Below, piece after piece: positions 13,132-30,094 of a DNA stretch of 64,000 nt. The stretch's first letter is position 1, and each line of letters opens with the position of its first letter. Made by a program: the position numbers and the translations under genes. Below the pieces are notes generated by a model. The model saw only the letters and a list, made by a program, of their open reading frames with translations. It was not told the origin of the DNA and did no database searches. The stretch lies in the sequence record MH494197.1; one strand, 5' to 3'.

Positions 13132-13835
13132 AATCCAGCCTCACGTAGCATACTTTTTATTTCATCACATTCCTTTTTGTACTTTATAGTTTTAACCTCA
13201 AAGTAACTAGGATCAATGTATTTAAGTATATACTCGATTTCAGAGTTAGAGAGATTCTTGAAAAACTTATTAGTACTTTCTTTTGGTGCTAACCAGATAA
13301 TCCAAGGTGAAATCTTACCACTCTCAATCCATGCAATTGCACGGGCAGAACTAACATTGGAAAAAACTTATTCCACTCCAAGTTCAGATTCTGACCCCAT
13401 TCCACCATCGCAACAACACTACGGAAACCGCAGCATTGGGAGATTCAGAACGAATACAATCTAATATCCATTCATCCTTTGCTTTATAAGTACTCCATTC
13501 CATAATAGGACGGTTTCTTACAATTAGACTTTTTACAAAACCATCAATATCTAAAATATCACGGTTGTTCAAATAATAAATTGCAAAATCATAAAAATCA
13601 CTAAAGTACTTTGATTTTATAAAAGCCATTAATGGTTCAACACCCTTCTTGAAAGGGAAATGGTTTAACTCCATGAATTGCATATAATGCGAAAAGCCTC
13701 CCTCATGGGGCGGCTATCACGATCTTCGTAGCGGTCACGTTTAACACACTTATGTGTGTTAACTGTGTCTTCGCGTTTAAATTCTTTATCACAGAACTTA
13801 CATTTGTATACGGGACTACTTGATTTCTTTGCCAT
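13127..13835 (-). CDS. Protein with N-terminal C2H(C/H) zinc-finger (merged)
   Basis: MAKKSSSPVYKCKFCDKEFKREDTVNTHKC joins ORF 13384-13683; C-terminal GKISPW. Confidence 0.7.
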
Positions 13836-13839
13836 ATTT

Positions 13840-14659
13840 CTTACATTCTTCTTTAAATAATTTCATCATTGATTTCATTTCTTTCTCTTGTAAACCTATG
13901 TCTTCAAGGAAAGACTCGAATGTTTTTTGTTATATTGCAACAAAACAATTTTATATTCATCTTCGTTCATTTGAGTTGCGATTGAATCTGGCTGTGTACT
14001 TTTAATGAGTTCAAATAATTCATTATTAGCACGCTTAAAACTCTTGGAAAAGTTTAACCAGTTTCGTGGCAATTCCTTACCACCCAACATATCATGAACA
14101 GAACATAGTAGTTGATATACAAGTTCAGGGTGTTCTTTCATGTCCCAGAACCCATCATTAACCATATCATTCAACATAATCAACTGATAACGTACAACGT
14201 CACTGTCAACCAATGAGATGATCTGTCCACCAGCAATACTAAATTCAGTCATTGCGGCAATCAACTTGTTAGCATCATCATTGCTTTGTACGGCAAACTT
14301 GATACGCCAATCATAGTCACTGTGACAGTACTTAGTAACTGATGTTACATTAACACCAGTACTATTGAGTTCTTTGACAAGTTCAGTGAGTGCTTCTTTG
14401 CCACCAGCTTTCCACTTACCAAATACGTTTTCCACTTTACTACTAGGAAAGTTACTTGAAGTGAGTCATCAAGTGAACTTACCCAACGAAGTACAGTATA
14501 AGGCGTAAATTCCTTACGCTCATCTTCGGTCATGTCATTATAGTATTTGTAATCTGCACGGTCAATATGTTTTAGAAATTCAGCAATAGAAAATGTATGC
14601 TGGGTTGGTTTATCGTTTTCGTCTACTGACTTAGCTTTAATATTACTGAAATCTAACAC
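13840..14659 (-). CDS. gp62: Clamp-loader small subunit (gp62-like) with long internal extension (merged)
   Basis: IDRADYKYYNDMTEDERKEFTPYTVLRWVSS resembles the gp62-family N-terminal motif; C-terminal HPELVYQLLC. Confidence 0.6.
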
Positions 14660-14669
14660 TATTACACTC

Positions 14670-15158
14670 CTAGATACAAATCTTGAATTTTCTCGTTCTC
14701 ATCTGCAAAGTAAACACAAGGTGGATTGTCACCACTGTGCAGAGGAACACATAGTAAGTTCTTCTTAGGCAACATAGGATCTGCCATTTAGTAGTGAGTG
14801 CGAATACACGCAGCACTTTTACAGGTTCGAACTTAGGATACATTGAGCGGATTGGATTGTAAACAAAAGCTTTAGGTTCTTTCATATTAAGAATGTTTTC
14901 AATGGTACACATCTCAACCATACCTGTCTCTTCATCACCCAACATGATTTGCCAACCCAATGGTACTTGGATAATCTTTTCACCAATCTGCAAATCAGCA
15001 CTGATACTATTAAATGACACAGTGTTTAAAATGTGGCGAAAATAAAAGTCAGAGTCACCGTTTGGACTCAAATCTAAAACACAATACATTTCTGATGGAA
15101 TGTGTTCAGTTACTAAATCCATATCAAATGAATTATTTTCTGGGGTTAATACGTTCAT
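14670..15158 (-). CDS. Hypothetical protein
   Basis: 162-aa ORF with RBS GGAG. Confidence 0.7.
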   Translation of the reverse strand: MNVLTPENNSFDMDLVTEHIPSEMYCVLDLSPNGDSDFYFRHILNTVSFNSISADLQIGEKIIQVPLGWQIMLGDEETGMVEMCTIENILNMKEPKAFVYNPIRSMYPKFEPVKVLRVFALTTKWQILCCLRRTYYVFLCTVVTIHLVFTLQMRTRKFKICI

Positions 15159-15167
15159 CTCATCTCC

Positions 15168-15593
15168 TTAGTACTGGGAATCTTCATCTTCATCGTAGTA
15201 ATCTTCTTCATCTTCATCGGATGTACCATAGAATTCAAGACCATACGTTTCACACATTTCTTGAATCTTATCAACATCAGTATCTAAGTAAGAATCAAAA
15301 TTACCACTAAGACTAACAACATCAATAAACGTTGTAGTATCAGTACTTGCATAGATGATATCATATTTTAATGATTCAACTTTCGAGTCAATTCTGGTTT
15401 GCAATTCATAGATATTAATCCATGAATTAGTGTCAATATTACATCTCCAAACATTAGTATCGTCAGTTTCTAGTTCAGGTATATAGTCAAGTGAAGATAC
15501 CATGTCATCCATAATACCATCATTCAACAATACATCAATTACATCTAACGTTTCTTGGTCACAGATAAAAGCAATACTAGATCTTAATTCCAT
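15168..15593 (-). CDS. Hypothetical acidic protein
   Basis: 141-aa ORF downstream of the promoter at 15629-15655. Confidence 0.7.
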   Translation of the reverse strand: MELRSSIAFICDQETLDVIDVLLNDGIMDDMVSSLDYIPELETDDTNVWRCNIDTNSWINIYELQTRIDSKVESLKYDIIYASTDTTTFIDVVSLSGNFDSYLDTDVDKIQEMCETYGLEFYGTSDEDEEDYYDEDEDSQY

Positions 15594-15628
15594 TTTTATT
15601 TTACTTCCTTGTTGTTGTCATACGACAC

Positions 15629-15655
15629 ATTATATCATGCACAGCGGATTATCCC
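15629..15655 (-). promoter_or_regulatory. Promoter GGGATA-N15-TATAAT (TGn); upstream box inside an inverted repeat
   Basis: TGA-TATAAT; ACAGCGG...CCGCTGT inverted repeat at 15641-15660. Confidence 0.55.
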
Positions 15656-15680
15656 GCTGTATTTTCCCAATCCTTAACAT

Positions 15681-17125
15681 CTATGATACTATGAGGATAT
15701 TGTGCTTCCTTGTAGTATTGTAAACGTTCACGTAAGTGTTTTGCACTATATTTGTTTGTACCACTGATATCAAAGATTTCCACGTGGTCTTTGTCTTCTG
15801 CTCGACGCAACCCACGACCAATGGACTGTATGGTACGAACGAAGCTCTTTCCGGTTCGATTAGAACAACATTATACAAACGAGAAATACTGATACCAGTA
15901 CTTGCTACCCCATAGGTTGCAATGAGTATTTTGTTATCAGCCCAGCGAATTTCACCATATGAAGATTCACGATCTTTCTTTTGGTTTCACCACGAACAAA
16001 TTCTGACTTAGGAATACCCAAAAATTCACAAAGTAATTCACCAGCTTCAAGTCTATCAACCAGTACTAAAGTGTTTCCAGATTCTGCTAACGCACCTATC
16101 AGTGATGCTACATATGCCATTCTATCACGGTCAGTAACTAAGTACTTCAATTCTTCTGCATATGACGCGAACTTTAAATTACTTTTAAGTTTAATACAGT
16201 TCACATTACATGTGCTTAGTATTTTTTATCTTGTAATTCTTTAGCTGTGATTTTAAATATCACATCGCCAACGTTACATTTAATCTTCGCAGCGACAACT
16301 TGGTCTTTAGGATTGTACCAGTTAATCCCCAGCGAAGTGGGACGTTATTCATAACTTTAGAGAGTACTTGAACTAATGCATCACCACCAGCACCTTGACA
16401 CTCATCAACAATCACACAAACCACACCATCAATAAAGTCATGAACGTCTTGTTCAGTCAGTTCAATTTCACCTTTCTTTGTTTTCTTCCACAAAGAGTTG
16501 AATGACTGCCGTAGTGATTGTGTGTTGGTGACCAAAGTCTTTCTGTGCACCATAGAACACTCCAGTGTCAAGACCACACATAACATAGTCATCATATGTT
16601 TGCTGCACCAAATCAGTACTGGGTACGATAATCACAGAACGTCCATACTCCTGTACCTTCTTGGATAATGCTGCTGTGATGAGCGTTTTACCAGCCCCTG
16701 TAGCTGCTAATAATAAACCATGTGGGTTTGCAAGGCAAGCATTAACTGCGTTCACCTGATGCTCTCTGAGCTTGATTGACTTACCTTCCATGTGGTGTCC
16801 AGCACCAAACACAACATCACTAAAAATATCTTCATCAATTGGTTCAAAATTGAATCCGTAATTGACACGATGATCTTCAAGTTCAATATCAATTTTGCTT
16901 CATCTAAGATTGGCAACAACTTATCCAACATGTGGTAGTAAGTACTGCCACCTAAGTTCATAAACTGTACCTTACCATCCCAACGACCAATACGACCAGC
17001 AGGGGTGAACTTAGCGTATGGAAGTACATATTCTGTTGCACGAATCATCTTCTGACGAATTGAGGATCTAGTCCCTCAAATTTACAATTAACCTCGTCCA
17101 GTAAGGTTAGCTTACAAGTTTTCAT
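15681..17125 (-). CDS. uvsW: UvsW-like SF2 DNA helicase (merged)
   Basis: KFTPAGRIGRWDG; LREHQ; AATGAGKT; IVDECQ; RWGLTGT; IEPGKSFVRTIQSIGRGLRR. Confidence 0.93.
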
Positions 17126-17140
17126 CCATGAATACCTTTA

Positions 17141-17959
17141 TTAATTAGTTCGAGTATTATATTCGTACTCAAATGTATATACTAAATCTTTATCACAGTT
17201 TGGGTTACTTGCATCAAGAATATCACTGTTAGTAATCATCCATTCAATATAGTTCAATGGAACAGTTTCCATTGGTTCGCCTTTGTGTTTACCAAATGGC
17301 ATGAATTTATAACGCATTGGTGTATTACAGAATGTTACGATTTGTTCACCAATGTCACCATTAGGGTCAATATGTCCACGTTCAATCGCAACTTCAATCA
17401 ATTTGATTAGAACTTGATAACACATAAACACGTCATCTTTTGCTGCGTGAGCATTGACTGCACGATGTACATCACGATAGCAACCAAATTTATACCACAA
17501 ATAACTTAGAGTTAAGTTTTTGAATTCAGTGTCTTCTGCAAACATCTTCTTAGCTAAACGAAGGGTACAAATCCATTTATCTTCATCGAGCAAGTACTGC
17601 GAAACTGAGTTACGATATTTATATTCGTTATCTACCATCATTCGGCGGTCAAATTGAACGTTGTGTCCAATAAAATAATTACGACACCCCATTAGTGCGT
17701 CAATGTTTTCTAAGTCATCTTTATATCCAATGCAGTTTGCTACATCTTCAGTACTGATAAAATGCACAGCACTTGCTTCTGGTGGTATATCTTTTAGTGG
17801 TTTATAACGCAAAGTGTAGTTATCAATAGTATCAATATTCTCATGTGCACCGTGAGGATATGAAATACTAAATTCAATAATATCATCTTCACTTTCTACA
17901 CCAGTCGTTTCGGTGTCTAGTACTGATACGTTTGATAGGAACTCATCTAATTTTGTCAT
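17141..17959 (-). CDS. DEDDh 3'-5' exonuclease (ExoX/DnaQ-like) with C-terminal MPFGKHKG domain
   Basis: VLDTETTG, GHNVQFD, HAAKDD; MPFGKHKGEPMETVPLNYIEW; intact ORF. Confidence 0.9.
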   Translation of the reverse strand: MTKLDEFLSNVSVLDTETTGVESEDDIIEFSISYPHGAHENIDTIDNYTLRYKPLKDIPPEASAVHFISTEDVANCIGYKDDLENIDALMGCRNYFIGHNVQFDRRMMVDNEYKYRNSVSQYLLDEDKWICTLRLAKKMFAEDTEFKNLTLSYLWYKFGCYRDVHRAVNAHAAKDDVFMCYQVLIKLIEVAIERGHIDPNGDIGEQIVTFCNTPMRYKFMPFGKHKGEPMETVPLNYIEWMITNSDILDASNPNCDKDLVYTFEYEYNTRTN

Positions 17960-17974
17960 TTTATTCTCGATAGA

Positions 17975-17998
17975 AAAGGACGCGTAATGCGTCCTTAT
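17975..17998 (-). terminator. Intrinsic terminator after uvsX-uvsY
   Basis: AAGGACGC/GCGTCCTT stem followed by a T tract on the minus strand. Confidence 0.7.
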
Positions 17999-18004
17999 GG
18001 ATAG

Positions 18005-18461
18005 TTATTCTAAACGTGCATCTTCAATACCCGCAGCACGTAGTCTCACAATATTGTTTAACTGAAAAGCTTTCATCTCTAAGGATTTAACAATACTGGA
18101 AAACGTATTACGGATATATGATACTTCATTTATTAGTTCGGATAATTCACAAACTTCTTTATCACCTTCAACATACTTTTACAGTCAGAAGATGATAGTG
18201 CTCGACGATATGCTTCAAGGAAATATTTAAACTTTTCAGCTTGTAGTTGACGCATTTCAATTTCTAGCATTTCAAGTACCGCTTTAGTTCTTGAAGCTGA
18301 CTGAGACGAGTCTCATGCCAGCCGAATCTCCTGAGCAATCTTTTCAATGATGCCAATCTTTTTAACTTCACGACGAGCTTCTTCAGTTTCTTTTTCGAAG
18401 TGTTCAATCATGTCGATTATTTTAGATTTATCATCTTTGATGATCCAATGCCAAGGTTTCA
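18005..18461 (-). CDS. uvsY: UvsY-like recombination mediator (merged)
   Basis: Helical ~150 aa protein ending KKYVEGDKEV...SLEMKAFQLNNIVRLRAAGIED; adjacent to RecA. Confidence 0.75.
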
Positions 18462-19579
18462 TTATTCCTCACTACTTCCAATATCAGTACCAAATGATTC
18501 ATCACCTTTTTCTTCTTCTTTGACTTCTTCAATCAAAGGGTGACGTTTGAATTGATTCATAACTAAATCAAGACAAGAATCTTCGTTACGCATCCATTCT
18601 TTACGATATTTTAGAATCTGTTCACCAGTGTCAATATCAACGTACATTAGACGTTACCCGATTTAACGATAAGTTCATATTTCTCGAACATATCTAGTAG
18701 ACCACTGCGTGGGTCCATACCTTTATCCCAAGGAATTTTAATCTCAACATCTTCAAATGGTTTGTTGTAACGAGTCTTCATGACTTTACATTTAGAACGA
18801 ATACCACTTACATCTGAAGTCTTGTTGCCTTCTTCATCTTCTTTAAGTTTTAGTTTACCCATTGCGATAACCATAGAAGATGCATAAATCAAACCACTAC
18901 CACCAGATACTTTTGGATCAGGGTTGAACATATCTTGGGATTCATAACTATGGTTTACACAAACCATACCAATGTTAAGTGAACCAATCGAGTTTACGCA
19001 GTTGGTGATGTAAGCTTTAAGCTGTTTAGGTTTGTGACCCATATCACCTTTCAAGTTACCAGCTTTCATCTGGTCATTAGCAACTTCAGTATTCAACATA
19101 CCAATTGAGTCGATAATGAATAATACTTTTTGACGTTCTTCTTTAGGAGTATTTTCGTATTCTTTACGATACCCTTCGATGAACTCATAGGTAAATTTAG
19201 CAACATCACCAATCATACCCATGTTTACTTTTAGTAGTTTTTCTTCTGAAGTGTCTACACCTAGTGCTTGTAGCCAATCTGAATCCAATGCGTTCTCGGA
19301 ATCAATCATAACAACAAAGATACCTTGTTGTTGTGCTTCACGGGCGATGTTTCCAGAAACGATAAATGATTTACCAGAACCAGATTCACCAGCAAACATT
19401 GTTACTTTACCCAGTGGAATACCACGGTCAAAATAACCACTAATACGATAGTTCAAAGCAAAGTTACCAGTACTAATCCATGTATCAGGATCATGAAAGC
19501 CTACGCTAACACCAGTATTCTTTTTAACGCTACCAGTACTATTTTTTAGAATGTTTGCAAAACCACTTGTCATTTTCAT
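18462..19579 (-). CDS. uvsX: RecA/UvsX recombinase (merged)
   Basis: ISTGNFALN, FAGESGSGKS, IDSENAL, IIDSIG, VSGGSGLIYASS. Confidence 0.95.
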
Positions 19580-19643
19580 AATTCGCTCCTTGAATTTTAT
19601 GAATAAAACCGCAAACTCCGTTGCCCTTAACTTTCAAATACTA

Positions 19644-20687
19644 TTACTTACCTTGTTGTTTCAAACGAGCAACTAGTGCAGATGCAGAAAGTTGTTCTTT
19701 TGGAGCTTCAGCTACTGGTGCTGGTGCAGCAGCTACTGGTTCAGCAGCAGGAGTAGGAGTAGCTACTGGTGCTTGCGGTGCAGGAGTTTGTGCAGGAGCA
19801 GGTTGTTGTACTGGAGCTTGTGGAGCAGGTTTGTTTTCACTAATAGTACCAGTTGTTGGTTTTGTACACCTGCTGGACGGTAAGCGAAAGCCCAACGTGC
19901 AGGGTCATAAGGTTTACCATCAACAGATGCTTCGAACATTTCTTCGATAGCTTTTAGTTCTTCTGAGTTGGTTGTTTTGGCATAAAATCATTTAGATTAT
20001 ATAGACCAAACTTTTCAATCGCTGCCAGTTCTTCTTCATTGAGTGGACGCTCTGACATGGAGAATTGAGACATGTCATAGCTATTGTAACCACCACCATT
20101 CTTAGTTTTAACAATACCAAAGTCACGACCGTGAATGTAGTGAGTTGGTAGTTCTTTGATGCCCGGTTTAGCAGGATAGATTTAACTTTATCAAAGATAT
20201 CTTTGTTAGCTAGGATACGACGGATTGGGTTTTCTGGAGCAATATCGTCTTTTACTGCTACGCTATCAGAGCAACGAAACATTGCATTAGATAGGTTTTC
20301 TTTTCCAGTAACGACCAGCCATTGCTTTCAGTTCTTCGTTTCCAGTTTCATTCGCACTTTGGAACCATTGACGTACTTCTTTAAGAATTGGACATGATTT
20401 AGGAACCCACATTTCGTTACATGGTACTTGAACGGTAACTTTATCGGTGTGCATACCAACAATACCTTGGAACGTTAGGTTGATCATATCACGTTCACGC
20501 CAGAAGAATGGGTTAGACTCATCAGCATCTGGTAGAAAACGTAGGTTTAGTGGTTCATTGTAAGGGACATTCCAGAAAGCTAGGAAAGAATCGGCTTTAC
20601 GTTCACCTGTAAATGTACCATTCTTCTGTGCTTCTGCTTTTCTTGTTCAGCTTTTAGTTTTGCACGAATTTCAGCTAGAGTTTGCAT
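19644..20687 (-). CDS. gp32: Single-stranded DNA-binding protein (gp32-like, merged)
   Basis: MQTLAEIRAKL; LRFLPDADESNPFFWRER; VPCNEMW...CPILKEVRQWF; P/A-rich tail. Confidence 0.9.
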
Positions 20688-20774
20688 ATTGGGCTTCCTT
20701 GTCATTAGTTTGTTTGTTAAGTTTTAACGGGCTATTAACGTTGATTTGTCTTCATTGACTCATCAACAATTTAC

Positions 20775-20802
20775 ATTATATCATGGGATTTTTAACCGTC
20801 CC
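20775..20802 (-). promoter_or_regulatory. ssb proximal promoter GGGACG-N16-TATAAT
   Basis: TGA-TATAAT with 16-nt spacer. Confidence 0.7.
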
Positions 20803-20841
20803 AAGGTTTTTTACTCTGTTTGTCAAGGCTCATTGCCCTGA

Positions 20842-26072
<5,231 letters not shown>

Positions 26073-26194
26073 AGATTTGATAAATAATATCATAGAGATC
26101 AGGGAATATTGCCTTAAATTTAAATGTGGTTTATATTTTTGATAAATAATATTAAGCAGGGTGTTCCTGCACAAAATTTGACAAGGAGATTTTT

Positions 26195-26791
26195 ATGAGT
26201 CTTAATTCTTTTAACCGTAACTATGGTATGTCTGCTACTGCTCGTGAATACTGGGTGGTAACAATGGTTTCGTAACCATCGTTGTTGATCTACCAGCAGA
26301 TGTTGAAGTTGGTACTACCGCTGTTACTTCTGACGGTTCCGAAATTCAAGATGAAGCACTACAAACTGCAATCAGCAATGCTCAATACAACCAATTCATG
26401 ATTACCCAACTACTACAACAACGTGCAGTACTAGTTACTACTTCCGTACTAGCTCTAGACACCGCTGTTGTTATCCCTGCTGACTTTAAAACCGTTGGTG
26501 GTAACGTAATCGCGTTTGGTACTAGTGGTGCTGATGTTGCAGGTGGTGCTGGTTCTGTTGCTCTAACCTTCATCTGTGAACGTCAAGACGTATTTGACAA
26601 ACAAGAAGTTCGCCCGTGCTGCTTACTCTGTTCCAGTTGATCCAACTGTTGAACTAGCTAAAGCTATTGCACAAGCTAAATTCTTCCGTACCAAATCTTA
26701 TGTTGCTCTAGGTACTGATGGTGTTGGTGATGCTGCTGCCGCTGACGCTGTTGCAATTAAAGTTCGTGCTGCTCTACCAGTACAACTATAA
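26195..26791 (+). CDS. Highly expressed late protein, paralogue 1 (probable virion structural; merged)
   Basis: RBS AAGGAG, ATAAATA at 26142, strong codon bias; QQRAVLVTTS and TFICERQDVFDK. Confidence 0.75.
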
Positions 26792-26805
26792 TAGGGGACT
26801 ACAAT

Positions 26806-27494
26806 ATGTCTAATACTAATACTTCTTTGAACGTATCAATGGTTATTCCTTTGATAAAATTCTAGGTTACTTCTGTGGCAAAAACGCCCTAGCATCTATC
26901 GCAATTAGTAAAATTGGTAATGTTAACGTGCGTGTTACTGGTGCAGTTGGTTCTTTCGCTGGTCTACAACGTTTCCTAAACACTGACGTAGCTGATGAAA
27001 TCGTTGCATATCTAAACGAAAAAGGTATCATCCGTATCGATGGTACTCCATTTGAAGCAGCAACTCTAGAAGCTGATTATAACGCTGCTTACGCTGCACA
27101 AACTAACGTTAAACGTATCGTTGATGTTGTTCAACAACGTGCAGTTATCATCGCTACTTCCGAAATCGCTGGCAACGACGCTGAACCATTTGCAGTTACT
27201 GGTTTTACCAACGCTGCTGACGGTATCCTAAGTGTTGGTGCTGTTGATATCGCTAGTGCTTCAGTAGTTACTTTCCTCGTTGAACGTGCTAACGTATTTG
27301 ATAAAGATATTCAATCTTTCCAAGGCGTTCCAAGTACTGAAATCGAAGAAGGCCGTCTACTAATCGATGACCTAACCGCAGTTCCACTACTTGCTAATGA
27401 TGGTGTTACTGAAGTTGTTCTACGTTCCCAAGCTGCTGATGCTGCGGGTGACTTCGGTATCAAACTATTCAAATTCATCCCAGCGATGGTTTAA
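26806..27494 (+). CDS. Highly expressed late protein, paralogue 2 (probable virion structural; merged)
   Basis: QQRAVIIATS and TFLVERANVFDK; strong codon bias. Confidence 0.75.
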
Positions 27495-27511
27495 TAAATT
27501 AAAGATAAAAG

Positions 27512-27538
27512 AAAAGGAGAGCTTTTGCTCTCCTTTTT
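27512..27538. terminator. Bidirectional intrinsic terminator between convergent units
   Basis: AAAAGGAGAGC-TTTT-GCTCTCCTTTTT. Confidence 0.85.
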
Positions 27539-27569
27539 ATTTGTATGAACGAAACCCTTCAGGTAAACC

Positions 27570-28254
27570 GTAGATTCTCTAACCCTTCGTTCGCATTCAC
27601 TAGCTTTACGTCATAATCATCACTGAAATCATCCGTAGCTAGTTTACGCCCCATGTCTCTAACGAAGTTGTCAATAATTTCTTCTTCGTCATTGCGGATG
27701 ACCTTCCGCTTTTAACTTTTTCCAAAAGTATTCATTATAATCAAAACAAATTCAACTTCATTTGTTTCTGGATTAAGTACTACATCCAAATCAATCCAAG
27801 GTTCTTTACGTAAAGTAAAGATTTCCTTTGAATACTCTTGTTGTGTAATCTCTTCATAACGATATGCAAACTCGATAGCTTTAAGACGTTTGTCATCACC
27901 ATCAGGCATTAGTTCGATTACTTCCATATCATACTCTTTTGAGTAATTGCACCAGTACTTAATTTAGCATCAAGTAATTTTACATTATACTCATCACGGG
28001 TAATCTTGGAATACTTCAATTGTACATCTGCCTGTGCTATTAGATAATCAAGAGTTTCTAATACATTGTATTTCTTTTGATATCCAACTGTGCTATATCA
28101 ACTTCATATGGTGTTAGATATGTAAGTTCTGCAACTAACATATCAGCTTCATAATCATCGTTATAGTAGTATGCTTTCGCAATCTCTTTCGCTTTACCAG
28201 AAAGTCCCCAGTGAGCGGGACCATCCAGAAAGGAATAAACCTTTTTTAGCCATT
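27570..28254 (-). CDS. Hypothetical protein (merged)
   Basis: MAKKGLF...HWGLSGKAKEIA to EPWIDLDVV and DEEEIID; ends approximate. Confidence 0.55.
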
Positions 28255-28547
28255 TGATTTCTTACCAAAATTTCTTCAATTTTCATCACATAATATGTGT
28301 CTTCACCACCACCAAGATCTTCAGTGATAGGAGTGTTTAGTGATGAACGACCAAATACAACCATATCACCAACACAAATATTATGTTCTGCAATTTGTCC
28401 ATTAGGTAGTACTTTACCTTCACCAACTGAAATCACCATACCAACACATGGTGGTTCAACGTTTCCTAGGATAATACCACCAGTACTTTTGTTCTGTGCT
28501 TCAATTTGACGAACCAGTACATAATCGTTAATCATTTTAATTTTCAT
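28254..28547 (-). CDS. groES: GroES-like co-chaperonin
   Basis: MINDYVLV, STGGIIL, VISVGEG, VGDMVVF, MKIEEI. Confidence 0.9.
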
Positions 28548-28548
28548 A

Positions 28549-28749
28549 TCAGTAACCTCCAGTGTTTGCAAACCATTTACCACGGAAATAAAGATTAGCA
28601 CCTTTATCACGGGTAAAACTTCCAACTTCATAGTCTTCTCACCATTACATTGTGGACAATCATGAGGTTCTTCACGATTGGCAATTTTACAATCTTTTCT
28701 AAACTGTGTTTACATTCTTCTTTTCACAACGATATGTATATAATGGCAT
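28549..28749 (-). CDS. FmdB-family zinc-ribbon protein (merged)
   Basis: MPLYTYRCEKEC...DCPQC...FRGKWF. Confidence 0.75.
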
Positions 28750-28814
28750 TTTTGTCTTCCTTTACTTATTTTTAAATCAAAATTTGGGGAACTCCATGTT
28801 CCCCATTATTTATA

Positions 28815-29544
28815 TTAGCAACCAGTTACGTAAATCTTGTATACTGCAATACCAGTGTCTAGAGTTACGTTTAGCATACCAGTTTTGGTAATACCTAGGG
28901 TAACAGATTCTGCGTTAGAAACGCGGGATAGAGCTTGTAGAACACGGTCAATGTTATAACCAAAACCAAGACCTAGTTCACCTTCAGTTTTAGAGAATGC
29001 TAGTGCACCAACGTGGTTACTTTTGTTCTTCTCACCAACGTGGAAGTAAAGAGTATCACCTTCAGTGTATGGAGTTACTAGAGAACTGAAAGATTTAAAC
29101 ACACCAGAGAAGCTTTTAGTTCCTGAACTTTAGCTGCACTAGGTGTAACCTGTACGTCATATGGTTGTTCGTGGAAACGAGGCTGGGCTGGAATTAGTTT
29201 TTCTGGTTGAACCATGAAAGTAGTGCTTGCATCTTCTGCTTTGAATGCTAGGCTCTTAACTGCACCATCTTTCAAATTAGAAGTGATAGTAGTTCCTTCA
29301 GTACTGTAAGTTTTAGAGACATTAGACCCTGTAGAAGACCTAGGTTACCAAGACCAAAACGACCTTGAACTTCTGGTACGTCTTCTTTAGTGTGAGCACG
29401 CATAACTAGGGTGCGGTCATCGGTGTATGCTTCCATGTAAACACGCTGTCCATCACCACGGTCTTCACTGCTAACTGCGATACAAGAAAAGTCGATGCCG
29501 TTGGTAGTGTTAACTAGGTCACGTAGTACGTTGCGTAGATCCAT
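28815..29544 (-). CDS. gp45: DNA polymerase sliding clamp (gp45-like, merged)
   Basis: Size (~240 aa), acidic beta-rich pattern, next to PolB; homology from recollection only. Confidence 0.6.
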
Positions 29545-29610
29545 TATATAATTCTCCGTTTTATTTGTTAATCAAAAATGTTTTGTATGCTTCAGATTAC
29601 TACAAGCACC

Positions 29611-29638
29611 ATTATATCTCGTGAATGATGCTTGTCTC
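29611..29638 (-). promoter_or_regulatory. Promoter GAGACA-N16-TATAAT upstream of clamp
   Basis: Exact GAGACA and TATAAT, 16-nt spacer (no TG). Confidence 0.7.
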
Positions 29639-29645
29639 ATTTTTA

Positions 29646-30089
29646 TCAGTATTTTGTGTTCCAACGTTTAAGGTACGGCTTATCAGCGTTTGCACCTGCA
29701 CCAATGTTGAATTTGTAACGTAGATGTTCTAAGTCTTTTAACGTGTTAACATCTTCAACAATGACAACTTTGCGTTTCTTTTCAATAGAATAGACGTCAA
29801 CAATCTCACCGTCGATTTCAACAGAACCAGTTCTGGTGAAACCAGCAGACATTAGAACAACTTCATCATCATTATTGTATGCAAGTACTGAATTTACGAT
29901 AGTACTATCTTCCAGTACTGCACCAACACGCTTATAGATATTTTCCATATTACTCTCCTTGGGATGCACTCCATAAAACGTACTGTTCCACGCCTCGTTA
30001 ACACTGTCCTCAGACAGTGCTAGTGATTCATCAGAGAATACGTCATTTACTTCGTCATATTTTAGTTTAGTTTCGTCTGCAATAATCAT
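29646..30089 (-). CDS. Hypothetical protein
   Basis: 147-aa intact ORF. Confidence 0.7.
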   Translation of the reverse strand: MIIADETKLKYDEVNDVFSDESLALSEDSVNEAWNSTFYGVHPKESNMENIYKRVGAVLEDSTIVNSVLAYNNDDEVVLMSAGFTRTGSVEIDGEIVDVYSIEKKRKVVIVEDVNTLKDLEHLRYKFNIGAGANADKPYLKRWNTKY

Positions 30090-30094
30090 AATAT

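Noticed and set aside
19690-19860. Short repeats (GCTACTGGT, GGAGC) resembling an array
   Set aside because: They encode the Pro/Ala linker of the SSB tail; there is no repeat-spacer structure
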